Below, piece after piece: positions 30,601-38,251 of a stretch of DNA of 49,460 nucleotides. The DNA comes from Patescibacteria group bacterium (GTDB taxonomy: Bacteria; Patescibacteriota; 4484-211). The stretch covers positions 1 through 49,460 of the forward strand of contig JAHJGY010000022.1 in assembly GCA_018824115.1 (NCBI GenBank), written 5' to 3'. A model generated the notes under the pieces. It did no database searches. It was given only the letters and a program-made list of their open reading frames with translations, and was not told the DNA's origin. Position 1 is the first letter of the stretch. Each line of letters opens with the position of its first letter. The position numbers were made by a program, and so were the translations under genes.

Positions 30601-33093
30601 GTCTGTAGCAGTAAATTGCAGTTCATACAATTCCTTTTCTGCCATTGTAAATTGATAGGTTGCATCCCCGTTATTATCGCTAGTCAGGGAAATATTATCG
30701 ATCACCTCACTGTGGGAAGAGTAGGTATAACGCTTGCGAACCTTCTTGTTAATGAAATCATAATATTCTCCAGACTCCTTCTTTTCCCACCATTTTCGGG
30801 ACAAAGTACCAGTTATTTTTTGGTTGGCAATCGGCTCCCCGAGGTATTCAGTTGTTGTTCCCTGGTTGATTCCTTCTAAATTAATTTCATTAGCAGTAAT
30901 GGTCACCTTAGCTTGATTGTTTGTAAGGTATTCACGTTGTGCACTAAGATAAACTTTAGGGCCAAAAACACTAACAAAAGTACTCCCGGTGATTTCGCCT
31001 TCTTCAGATACTTTGGGTACAAATTCGATGTATTTTGTGCGCGGGTAGGAAATATAAGAATCAGTCTCGTATCCAGGAGTGTAGGGAATTTGAAATTGTC
31101 CTTTATCATCACTGGTTACTTCGCCCTCGATACTCCCACTGTATTTAAGTGTAACTTGTGGTACAGGAGATCCTTCATAAAAGGCAACTTCACCGTTAAG
31201 GGTTACGGGATCACCGGCAAAAACAGCTTTCGTTCCTGGCGTCACCGAGATTTTGTAGGCGGGCTTAGTATAGGCTTTGATGTTGATCCAGTTGGAGCTG
31301 ATGGTTTCTCCTTCGACCGAAAGGACAACTTGATAGTCTCCCGCTTTAAGGTTTGTAAATGAGAGATTTCCATTAAATGTACCGAAATCTGATGGAGAAA
31401 GAACTTTCTCTTGGACAGTACTTACTTGGTTGTTACCCGATGGCTCGAGGGCAACCTTAACCTCCGGGCGGTTAGCCGGTTGATCCCGATGTTTAATTAG
31501 TCCCCAGAAATAGATAGTATCAGTGGGCTGGTAAAGATCGCGGTCAAAATATAAATAGGCCCAGTAATTATCATTAGCTTGAGAGTAGTAGTACCACGGC
31601 GCTTCGTAATCAGTAAAGAAACGGCCGTAATTACCGTAATAGGCTTGATTAGCGGGTAGAACGAGACGTTCGCCATCATTGCCTGAGATAAGAAAATATT
31701 GGGCCTTGCTTTCCTCTTTGATAACTGCCGGTGTGTCGAAATAGGCAATGCCCTGTTCGTTGGTAGTGGTTTGGTAGTTCTCTCCGATTAAAGTTACGGT
31801 AGCGTTACCGAACGGTTTCTTAGAAGACAGATGATGGACCCAGATGATAGTCTTTGTTTTACTCGTTCCGATATAGCTGGAGAGGTCAGTGACTTGCATG
31901 AGAACTTGTTTGACAGTTTGCTCGTGGATTCCCTGGACAAGGTAGTAGCCATAACTTATTTTTTCCGGGAAGATGATGTACCCTTGATTCTCGCCCTTTT
32001 GAATCGGGGATGTGAAGGTTGAGATATGCTCAAGATTGTCGGTGCTTGTTAGGTATTTTGTCCAGCTGGCACTTGCCCATAAAGGCACTTTTTTTCTTTG
32101 CTTTAGTTCCTCAATAAAGGATTCTTGGGTGGGGAATCGGTAAATTTCAAAGGTTAGTTCAAGGTCGTTGGGTAGCTCATAAGCGTAGATGCCCAGAGCT
32201 GGCTCCTCAAACGATGGTACTTCAACGAATTGTTTCGCAAAATCGAAGTTGTAAACGGTATCCTTGGGGGTTGGCGTTGGCGGAGCCTGAGTCTCGAATT
32301 GGAAAGTATAATTACTGGCGAGTGTTTCATTGCTTTCGGCAAGGCCAAGTTCCTTACTAATGGTAACGGTATAAATGGTGGCGTATTCGAGTTTTTTGGG
32401 AACAAAGACGGCCGTCTTTTTATGCCGCTCAAAACTGCCTTCAACGGTAGGAGTGACACCAAAAAATAAGGAAGGGTCTTGGTAATTTTCGTGACTAAAA
32501 GTGATTTCTAGGCCTGTGTCAATTGGCACATTGCCCACTTTATCTCGAGGAAGCGAACTGGTGACCTTAAACGTCTTTTTAGTTTGGAATGCCCATTGGC
32601 AGGACTCGCCCGATTTAGCGAATCCATTTGTTAGGTGAAATCGGTAGATAGTGTCTGGTGTAAGTGTTTGGCTGGGAATAAGTTTAACGGTGGTGTCATT
32701 GATTTGTGAAAGCTGATAATTAAATTCTGGCTGTGCTGACAGAGAGTTCCTTACTTGATTAAGAGGTAATGCTTCCTTGCTGGTGATAAGAAACGGAGTC
32801 GTTAAAGTAACTCCGATACTGTCGGCAATTTCGGCTCTCATAGAAAATACGGGTTCGTCTACTGTTACTGGTTGTCCGTGCCAGTCGATTGGTGTGGGAG
32901 TAGGTGTTGGGCTAGGGCCAGTTGGTGGAATTAAGAGGTTAGGGAAAACTAGAAAAAGGATTGATAGGATAAAAATTAAACTGCTGAGGGCAAGCCAAAT
33001 TACCTTTTTACCGGATAAGTTCTGGATGGTGTCTCGAGAAAACAACGACCTCAATTTATTAGCGACAGTTCTCTTTTCAATCCGATCATCCAT
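27679..33093 (-). CDS. alpha-2-macroglobulin-family (MG-domain) giant surface protein with embedded Hint domain; no CxEQ thioester motif
   Basis: 1804 aa with an N-terminal TM anchor and a PSPTPTPTP linker. MG2-type DRDLYQPTDTIYFWGLIKHRD. A pre-bait block AAEVNVSLVDEAFFALKK and a post-bait block ENFADNAFFGITQTDSQGHGTFKFKLPDNLTSWRITYHG. Helical TED-like region and a C-terminal YQVTDFLPSGLRPI receptor-domain-like motif. Confidence 0.85.
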   Translation of the reverse strand: MDDRIEKRTVANKLRSLFSRDTIQNLSGKKVIWLALSSLIFILSILFLVFPNLLIPPTGPSPTPTPTPIDWHGQPVTVDEPVFSMRAEIADSIGVTLTTPFLITSKEALPLNQVRNSLSAQPEFNYQLSQINDTTVKLIPSQTLTPDTIYRFHLTNGFAKSGESCQWAFQTKKTFKVTSSLPRDKVGNVPIDTGLEITFSHENYQDPSLFFGVTPTVEGSFERHKKTAVFVPKKLEYATIYTVTISKELGLAESNETLASNYTFQFETQAPPTPTPKDTVYNFDFAKQFVEVPSFEEPALGIYAYELPNDLELTFEIYRFPTQESFIEELKQRKKVPLWASASWTKYLTSTDNLEHISTFTSPIQKGENQGYIIFPEKISYGYYLVQGIHEQTVKQVLMQVTDLSSYIGTSKTKTIIWVHHLSSKKPFGNATVTLIGENYQTTTNEQGIAYFDTPAVIKEESKAQYFLISGNDGERLVLPANQAYYGNYGRFFTDYEAPWYYYSQANDNYWAYLYFDRDLYQPTDTIYFWGLIKHRDQPANRPEVKVALEPSGNNQVSTVQEKVLSPSDFGTFNGNLSFTNLKAGDYQVVLSVEGETISSNWINIKAYTKPAYKISVTPGTKAVFAGDPVTLNGEVAFYEGSPVPQVTLKYSGSIEGEVTSDDKGQFQIPYTPGYETDSYISYPRTKYIEFVPKVSEEGEITGSTFVSVFGPKVYLSAQREYLTNNQAKVTITANEINLEGINQGTTTEYLGEPIANQKITGTLSRKWWEKKESGEYYDFINKKVRKRYTYSSHSEVIDNISLTSDNNGDATYQFTMAEKELYELQFTATDERGRVTKQTVYCYGHEYYYGRSGSSVNSPSSSGYYHLVLRGNENKYSLDEQVLADFQDGEELLPEQKDQHYLFLLDQRGLSQYQLQTTPSFEFTMAPQYIPNVYLRGIYFNGRTYQTSSSTNVIYRSSDKELDITVQPVKLQYQPTEEVELNVEVKDQEGKGQAAEVNVSLVDEAFFALKKQYVTFLDDLYTQISSGILQTYSSHQYPVDKVSAEYGGGCFLQGTPVKLANGSYQPIDQITVGDNIQTLTSPGSKISTSDQVIRVDKHKVQHLLVINHDLQVTPEHRLFINGVWKPIGLAEPGDFLLDENGDSVMITSIEQKYGQFNVYNLQIKDHKTYLAGGFYVHNEKGLVRENFADNAFFGITQTDSQGHGTFKFKLPDNLTSWRITYHGITQDLKANHGTNNLIVRLPFFIELSISNEYLLKDKPKIKLRAYGDTLQKGQEVKYSISIPSLGVTEPQSVTGSAFETVEYTLPVLQEGEHRLIVQAKAGNYSDAVARTFRVISSRLARTEAIYTQLTEDTIVDNPHQDSVSLIFSDDNRGRYYPPLNQLSWAWGDRVDQRLTRVKGTQLLNQYFETNRSIPDFNPSLYQAPNGGITLLPYSSSEIDLSAKVSALAGNEFDSTALKNYFWAITENRTSNINETISALYGLASLDEPVLVMLKRLSTQSGLTTTEKLYLALGLTEAGDYQNAHAIYRQVVESCGEESGPYLRLNTGSDQDDILTATTIAAQIAQAFNDTKSEKLFKYIDDHRTKDILTNLEKLSYLTNSLPSANPEPVSFTYSVNNVTETKNLELGRSWQLNLNSTEAESITFSEVSDNVGLSIVRQTAVDSTTIDKSPYAAVNRTFLVNDQPVKMVAESDLVKVKITYKLANKAYGGCYQVTDFLPSGLRPITKLSSWGISQSDQLEVTYPYETVGQRINFCTYRNSQQNPLVYYARVISKGEYVGEPVLIQSQNALDDLNLGTETSIIIE
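29557..29943 (-). other. Hint / bacterial intein-like domain (aa 1051-1179 of the A2M-like protein)
   Basis: Block A is CFLQGTPVKLANGSYQPIDQITVGDNI (Cys1 codon at 29943-29941). Block B is TPEH (TxxH). The C-terminal block is VYNLQIKDHKTYLAGGFYVHN (Asn codon at 29559-29557). The +1 residue is Glu, not Cys/Ser/Thr. Confidence 0.75.
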
Positions 33094-33152
33094 AATCTAT
33101 ACTTTATCACAACGACCAACTCCTGGCCAAGCTTATCGCACGGCGCGATCTG

Positions 33153-34364
33153 CTAATTCGTGATTCTGACAAATTTTCTTTTCCCAGCTTTGATGATAGT
33201 TCCATCTTTAACTCTAAATTCTAAGGTGGCATCGCCTACTCTCTGGTTATCTACTTCTACGGCCCCTTGTTGAATTAAACGTTTAGCTTCGGATTTGCTC
33301 GATGCCAGCTTGGTTAGCGTGAGTAACTCGAGGAGATCTATCTTTTTCTTATTAATTTTTACACTCGGAATATCAGTGGGAAAGTCCCCTCTTTGTACTA
33401 CTTTCTCAAACTCGTTTTCTGCCTGATTAGCTTTTTTTTCACCGTGGTAGAATTTGGTTACAGTGTAAGCGAGAACTTTTTTGATCTCCATCGGATTTTC
33501 ACCCTGAGCTAATTGCTCCTTGAAGTTATCTAATTCTTCGGGGCAGAATTCAGTACACATCTGCAGATAATCCATCATCAGCTCATCTTTGACAGACATT
33601 AATTTGCCATACATGTTCTTTGGTATGTCAAATACGTTAATCATGTTACCGAAACTCTTGCTCATTTTCTGGCCGTCTGATCCAACAAGCAATTTGCAGG
33701 TAAAGACTAGCTTTTCCTTGTTCTTTAAGCATTTCATTAATGTCCGGCCGGCAAGCATATTAAAAGTTTGGTCCGTTCCTCCAATCTCGGCATCGACATC
33801 CATAGCTACACAGTCATAGCCTTGCATTAATGGGTAGAAAAATTCATGCAGGTAGATTGGTTTGTTGTTCTTGAGGCGCTCTTGGTACATATCGCGCTCA
33901 ATCATCTGTTGTACGGTAAAATTACTGGCTAGTTCAACTAAATCTTTAAATGTTAGTTCTGCTAACCAATTACTATTAAATCGAACCTCGGCGGGGTTGC
34001 CGCCTTCGAAATTAAGTATTAACGAGACCTGTTTTTTATAGGTTTTGGCGTTGAGCTTAACTTGTTGAGGTGTCAATTTTACCCGCGCCGCGGATTTATC
34101 AGTGGGATCGCCAATCATTCCAGTGAAGTCCCCGATTAAAAAGATAACCTTGTGGCCTAATTGTTGAAATTCTCGCAGTTTGCGGATAACAACCGCGTTT
34201 CCTAAATGGATGTTGGGAGACGAGGGGTCTACGCCTAGATAGATGGAAATTTGTTTCCCGCTGTTTAGTATTTCCCGTGCGGTCTCCGCAGATGGGTACA
34301 CGGTGTCGATGTTGTAGGTTAAAAGGTGGTCAAGATCCTCCTTAGTTGGTTTAGGTAATTGCAT
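33153..34364 (-). CDS. tyrS: tyrosine--tRNA ligase
   Basis: HIGH-type PNIHLGN, the KMSKS motif (QKMSKSFGN), and a C-terminal S4-like domain (SKSEAKRLIQQGAVEVDNQRV). Confidence 0.95.
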   Translation of the reverse strand: MQLPKPTKEDLDHLLTYNIDTVYPSAETAREILNSGKQISIYLGVDPSSPNIHLGNAVVIRKLREFQQLGHKVIFLIGDFTGMIGDPTDKSAARVKLTPQQVKLNAKTYKKQVSLILNFEGGNPAEVRFNSNWLAELTFKDLVELASNFTVQQMIERDMYQERLKNNKPIYLHEFFYPLMQGYDCVAMDVDAEIGGTDQTFNMLAGRTLMKCLKNKEKLVFTCKLLVGSDGQKMSKSFGNMINVFDIPKNMYGKLMSVKDELMMDYLQMCTEFCPEELDNFKEQLAQGENPMEIKKVLAYTVTKFYHGEKKANQAENEFEKVVQRGDFPTDIPSVKINKKKIDLLELLTLTKLASSKSEAKRLIQQGAVEVDNQRVGDATLEFRVKDGTIIKAGKRKFVRITN

Positions 34365-34409
34365 TTAACCTAATTATATATATGAGGGTGATTGGAGACA
34401 AGGTAGAGA

Positions 34410-34438
34410 TTGAGAAAGCTGTCTTTTATTTGTATAAT
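34410..34438 (+). promoter_or_regulatory. putative promoter TTGAGA-N17-TATAAT for the PBP gene
   Basis: TTGAGA at 34410-34415, a 17-nt spacer, and consensus TATAAT at 34433-34438. This places the transcript start near 34445, downstream of the ORF's first two in-frame ATGs (34382, 34442). Confidence 0.5.
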
Positions 34439-34462
34439 TCAATGAGACCCAGAAAACACGTC

Positions 34463-37084
34463 ATGCCGCGAAGGATTTCATCGAAACGAGCTAAACATAA
34501 AAACAAGTTTTGGGTTGCTGCTTCAAAGCGGAGATCTAAAATTAAAGGGGAAAAAAGAGTTAAGCGTGAACGGGTAGTACGCATCATTTCCTGGATTGCC
34601 ATTGGAATGGTAGCTTGTTGTATTTTGGGTTTAGTTTCTGCAGTAACTGTAGTCGCGTTTTTTTCAAAAGATTTACCTTCTCCAAATACATTAACTGAAC
34701 GTGAAATACCGCAATCAACTAAGATATTTTCTCGAGACGGGCATCTCCTTTACGAAATATATGCCGAAGAAAGGCGGACTTTGGTGGAACTAAAAGATAT
34801 CCCTCAATATTTAATTGATGCAACGCTAGCTACTGAAGATGCGGATTTCTATAAACATAGAGGATTTGATATCAGAGGGTTTGTTTATGCACTTTACCGG
34901 AATATACTTACCGGGAGTAGACAGGGAGGGTCCACAATTCCTCAGCAGTTAGTGAAGAATGTTTTATTATCTCCGGAGAAGACTTTAATTCGGAAGATTA
35001 AGGAATTTCTTTTAGCTCTCGAAGTGGAGCGCCGGTACAGTAAAGACGAAATTTTGCAGATGTATCTTAATGAAGTTCCTTACGGAGGTCAGGCGTGGGG
35101 CGTGGGTGCTGCTTCGGAAATGTATTTTGGTAAGCACGTGCGGGATGTAAGTCTGGCCGAAGCAACTTTGTTGGCAGGATTACCTCAGAGTCCAACCTAC
35201 TACTCACCATTTGGGACATATCCGGAGAACGCAAAGGCCCGGCAGGAATATGTTTTAACTTTAATGGTTAAACATGGTTCTATTACCCAGGAAGAGGCTG
35301 ACGAAGCAAAGAACGTTACATTACACTACCTACCACAGGCGATTAGTATTAAAGCACCGCACTTTGTGATGTTTGTGAAAAATAAGTTAGTTCAGGAATT
35401 TGGAGAGAAGATGGTGGAGCAAGGGGGATTGCGGGTAGTAACCACGTTGGATATGCAATTACAGAAAATTGCCGAAGAGGAAGTAAAATATCAACTTGAT
35501 CGTTTGGCAGAATCAAATGCGAGCGCGGGTAATGCGGGCCTTGTCTCTGTAGATCCGGAAAAGGGTGAAATTCTAGCGATGGTTGGTTCCAAGGACTATT
35601 TTGACGTGGAACACGATGGCAATGTAAATGTTACTTTAGCTGAGCGACAGCCTGGCTCTTCAATAAAACCGATTATGTACGTAACCGCTTTTGAGATGGG
35701 ATATACTCCAGCTACATACCTTTCTGACATTCGTACTTGCTGGAATGCACCTAGCGGTGATTTTTGTCCGCTTGAATCCGATGGAAAGTATTGGGGGCCA
35801 ATGCTTTTGAGAGATGCGTTAGCTAACTCACGAAATGTCCCGGCTGTGAAAATGCTGCAGCAGGTGGGAATTCAAAATACAATAGATACAGCTCATGCGA
35901 TGGGGATCACGACGTTGAATGAGCCGGAGCGGTATGGATTGTCGTTAACTCTGGGTGGGGGTGAGGTAAAGCTGATCGATATGGTGCAAGCTTTTTCCGT
36001 ATTTGCCCGGGGTGGTGTGAAAACCGATATTACGCCCTTGTTACGAGTGGAAGATAGCAAAGGAAAGGTACTTAAGAAGAAAGTTCAACCAAATGAGAAA
36101 AGAGTGCTTGATGAGAAATATGTGTATTTAATCAATAACGTTTTATCAGATAATGTTACACGGCAAAGGCTGTTTGGTGCAAGGAATTTATTGGAGATTG
36201 GAAGGCCAGCAGCAGTGAAGACAGGAACGACGAATGATAATCGCGACGCGTGGTGTATTGGTTACACTCCACAGCTGGTAACTGGCATCTGGGTGGGTAA
36301 TAATGATAATTCGCCAATGGCACAGAACGTTCAGGGTTCAACTGGAGCAACTCCGATTTGGCATCACTTTATGCGACGGGCTTTAGAGGGTCAGGAAGTT
36401 AGAGATTGGGAGAGACCGGACTCCATAATTAAGGTAACGGTTGATTTGTTATCAGGTAAATTACCGCAGGAAGGGAGGGATTACGCGAATCGGACAGAGA
36501 TTTTTGTGAAAGATACCGAGCCGACTCAAATTGATGATTTTCATATCACTGTTGATGTTTGTAAAGATAACGAAAATTTACTCGCGACTGACTATCATAT
36601 TGATCACGGCTTATCGATTCAACGGACTTTGCGAAAATTGGTCGAGATTAATAGTGATTGGCAGAGTTATACAGACCGATGGATTGGAGGTTTGCCGGAG
36701 TACCAAAGTCCACCCACCGAGTATTGTGCCATTGAGGTAGATGAACGAGATGCAGAAGAACCGATTGTGGAGATAAAATTGCCCGAAGATGGAGCGGAAC
36801 TACTGGTTTACGGGTTCGATGTGGAAGCAGAGGTCTATACGAACTCTACAATTACCAAGGTAGAATTTTACTGGGATGATATTTTGGTTGAGGAGGTTAC
36901 TTCGGTTCCTTATGCGGTTACTTATTCTTTATCAATGAACGAGCAGGGAGAACACCAGATTGTGGTTAAAGCTTTTGATAGTGAAGGTGATGAAGGGTCA
37001 TCGGCAATAACTGTTCACTTACCGATTAAAGAAAAAGTACCTACACCGACAATAAAAATTTCTCCAACTCTCGAAGTATTTTGA
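34463..37084 (+). CDS. class A penicillin-binding protein (glycosyltransferase + transpeptidase) with C-terminal Ig-like module
   Basis: GT51 motifs EDADFYKHRGFD, GGSTIPQQLVKN and RKIKE. Transpeptidase motifs SSIKP (SxxK), SRN (SxN) and KTGTT (KTG). The start is uncertain: in-frame ATGs lie at 34382, 34442 and 34463, and 34463 was chosen because of the promoter at 34410-34438. Confidence 0.9.
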   Translation: MPRRISSKRAKHKNKFWVAASKRRSKIKGEKRVKRERVVRIISWIAIGMVACCILGLVSAVTVVAFFSKDLPSPNTLTEREIPQSTKIFSRDGHLLYEIYAEERRTLVELKDIPQYLIDATLATEDADFYKHRGFDIRGFVYALYRNILTGSRQGGSTIPQQLVKNVLLSPEKTLIRKIKEFLLALEVERRYSKDEILQMYLNEVPYGGQAWGVGAASEMYFGKHVRDVSLAEATLLAGLPQSPTYYSPFGTYPENAKARQEYVLTLMVKHGSITQEEADEAKNVTLHYLPQAISIKAPHFVMFVKNKLVQEFGEKMVEQGGLRVVTTLDMQLQKIAEEEVKYQLDRLAESNASAGNAGLVSVDPEKGEILAMVGSKDYFDVEHDGNVNVTLAERQPGSSIKPIMYVTAFEMGYTPATYLSDIRTCWNAPSGDFCPLESDGKYWGPMLLRDALANSRNVPAVKMLQQVGIQNTIDTAHAMGITTLNEPERYGLSLTLGGGEVKLIDMVQAFSVFARGGVKTDITPLLRVEDSKGKVLKKKVQPNEKRVLDEKYVYLINNVLSDNVTRQRLFGARNLLEIGRPAAVKTGTTNDNRDAWCIGYTPQLVTGIWVGNNDNSPMAQNVQGSTGATPIWHHFMRRALEGQEVRDWERPDSIIKVTVDLLSGKLPQEGRDYANRTEIFVKDTEPTQIDDFHITVDVCKDNENLLATDYHIDHGLSIQRTLRKLVEINSDWQSYTDRWIGGLPEYQSPPTEYCAIEVDERDAEEPIVEIKLPEDGAELLVYGFDVEAEVYTNSTITKVEFYWDDILVEEVTSVPYAVTYSLSMNEQGEHQIVVKAFDSEGDEGSSAITVHLPIKEKVPTPTIKISPTLEVF

Positions 37085-37096
37085 TTGTACTTAGTC

Positions 37097-38182
37097 CTAC
37101 AAATACTCACCCATCTTTCTTTTTTCTAGTTCAGCAACTAGGTCTCTAACATCGAGAGCTGCATCTTTATGGACAACAACAGAAGCATCTTTGGTGTTGA
37201 CGACCACCATTCCGTTCAAGCCCACAGCAGAAACGAGCTTGTTTTTCTCTTGGTTGTAGATCAAGCAATCTTTGCAGTTCAGAGCTAAAGTCTTCCCCTT
37301 GGTAACATTTGCAGTTAATGATTTCTGCTGGGCTTCCTTTAACGCGTAGAGTGTGCCTGGGTCACTCCAACCCATATCCAGCCTAAGGACAATCATTTCG
37401 GAATGATTAACCTCATCCATAATTGCGTTGTCGAAATGGATACTGTGCATAGTTGGGTAAATCTTGGCGACAACAGCACTTTCCTGATCGGTATCAAAGG
37501 AATTAGCCATTTTTTTTAGTTTGGTGTACATCTCAGGCTGGAATTTCTTATATAAGGAGAGGACAAAGTCAATCGATGTAATCCAATATCCAGGGTTCCA
37601 GAGCCAGTTACCAGATTGAAACATCTGCTTGCATTTTTTTAATGGTGGTCGATACCACCAACCTTTGAATTTATGGATGGAAGTCTTTTTCCTTTCGTCG
37701 ATTTTTTTACCAATTTTTACCCATCCCACGTTGTTCTCGGCGTAACGCGGTTCTTCGGCAAGGTGGACGAAGCGCTCCGGGTTTTCCAAAATTAGTTTTT
37801 CGCCTAATTTCAAACCTTCTTGGAAGGCCTTAGGCCTTTCCATTAGGTGATCGCTCCAAATGATGGCGATTGGTTCGTTAATGTTTTGTTTTCTGAGCTT
37901 CATGAAGGCAAACCCAATAGCTGGACCGACGTCGCGTTTCTCTGGTTCTGCGAAAATATTTGATAAGGGGAGCTCAGGGACCTGTTCTTTGATGGTAGAT
38001 ACGTAACTTTCTAAGGTTTGGATGTAAACGTTATAGAGGCCAAAAACGGGTTTAACGCGTTCAATAGCCATTTGGAGTGTTGATTTTCCGTTAATCAGTT
38101 TATCGAACTGTTTTGGAGAATTTTTACGAGACAAAGGCCACAGTCTTGTACCTGTACCTCCGGCAAAGATGACAATTTTCAT
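37097..38182 (-). CDS. mannose-1-phosphate guanylyltransferase-like sugar-phosphate nucleotidyltransferase
   Basis: MKIVIFAGGTGTRLWPLSRKNSPKQF N-terminal motif. No C-terminal isomerase/cupin domain. Confidence 0.8.
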   Translation of the reverse strand: MKIVIFAGGTGTRLWPLSRKNSPKQFDKLINGKSTLQMAIERVKPVFGLYNVYIQTLESYVSTIKEQVPELPLSNIFAEPEKRDVGPAIGFAFMKLRKQNINEPIAIIWSDHLMERPKAFQEGLKLGEKLILENPERFVHLAEEPRYAENNVGWVKIGKKIDERKKTSIHKFKGWWYRPPLKKCKQMFQSGNWLWNPGYWITSIDFVLSLYKKFQPEMYTKLKKMANSFDTDQESAVVAKIYPTMHSIHFDNAIMDEVNHSEMIVLRLDMGWSDPGTLYALKEAQQKSLTANVTKGKTLALNCKDCLIYNQEKNKLVSAVGLNGMVVVNTKDASVVVHKDAALDVRDLVAELEKRKMGEYL

Positions 38183-38251
38183 TCAAATGGTATTTAAGAT
38201 GTAATTGGCAGGAGCTGAGAAGAATGGTTTAGCTGATTAGCTGACGACTGC

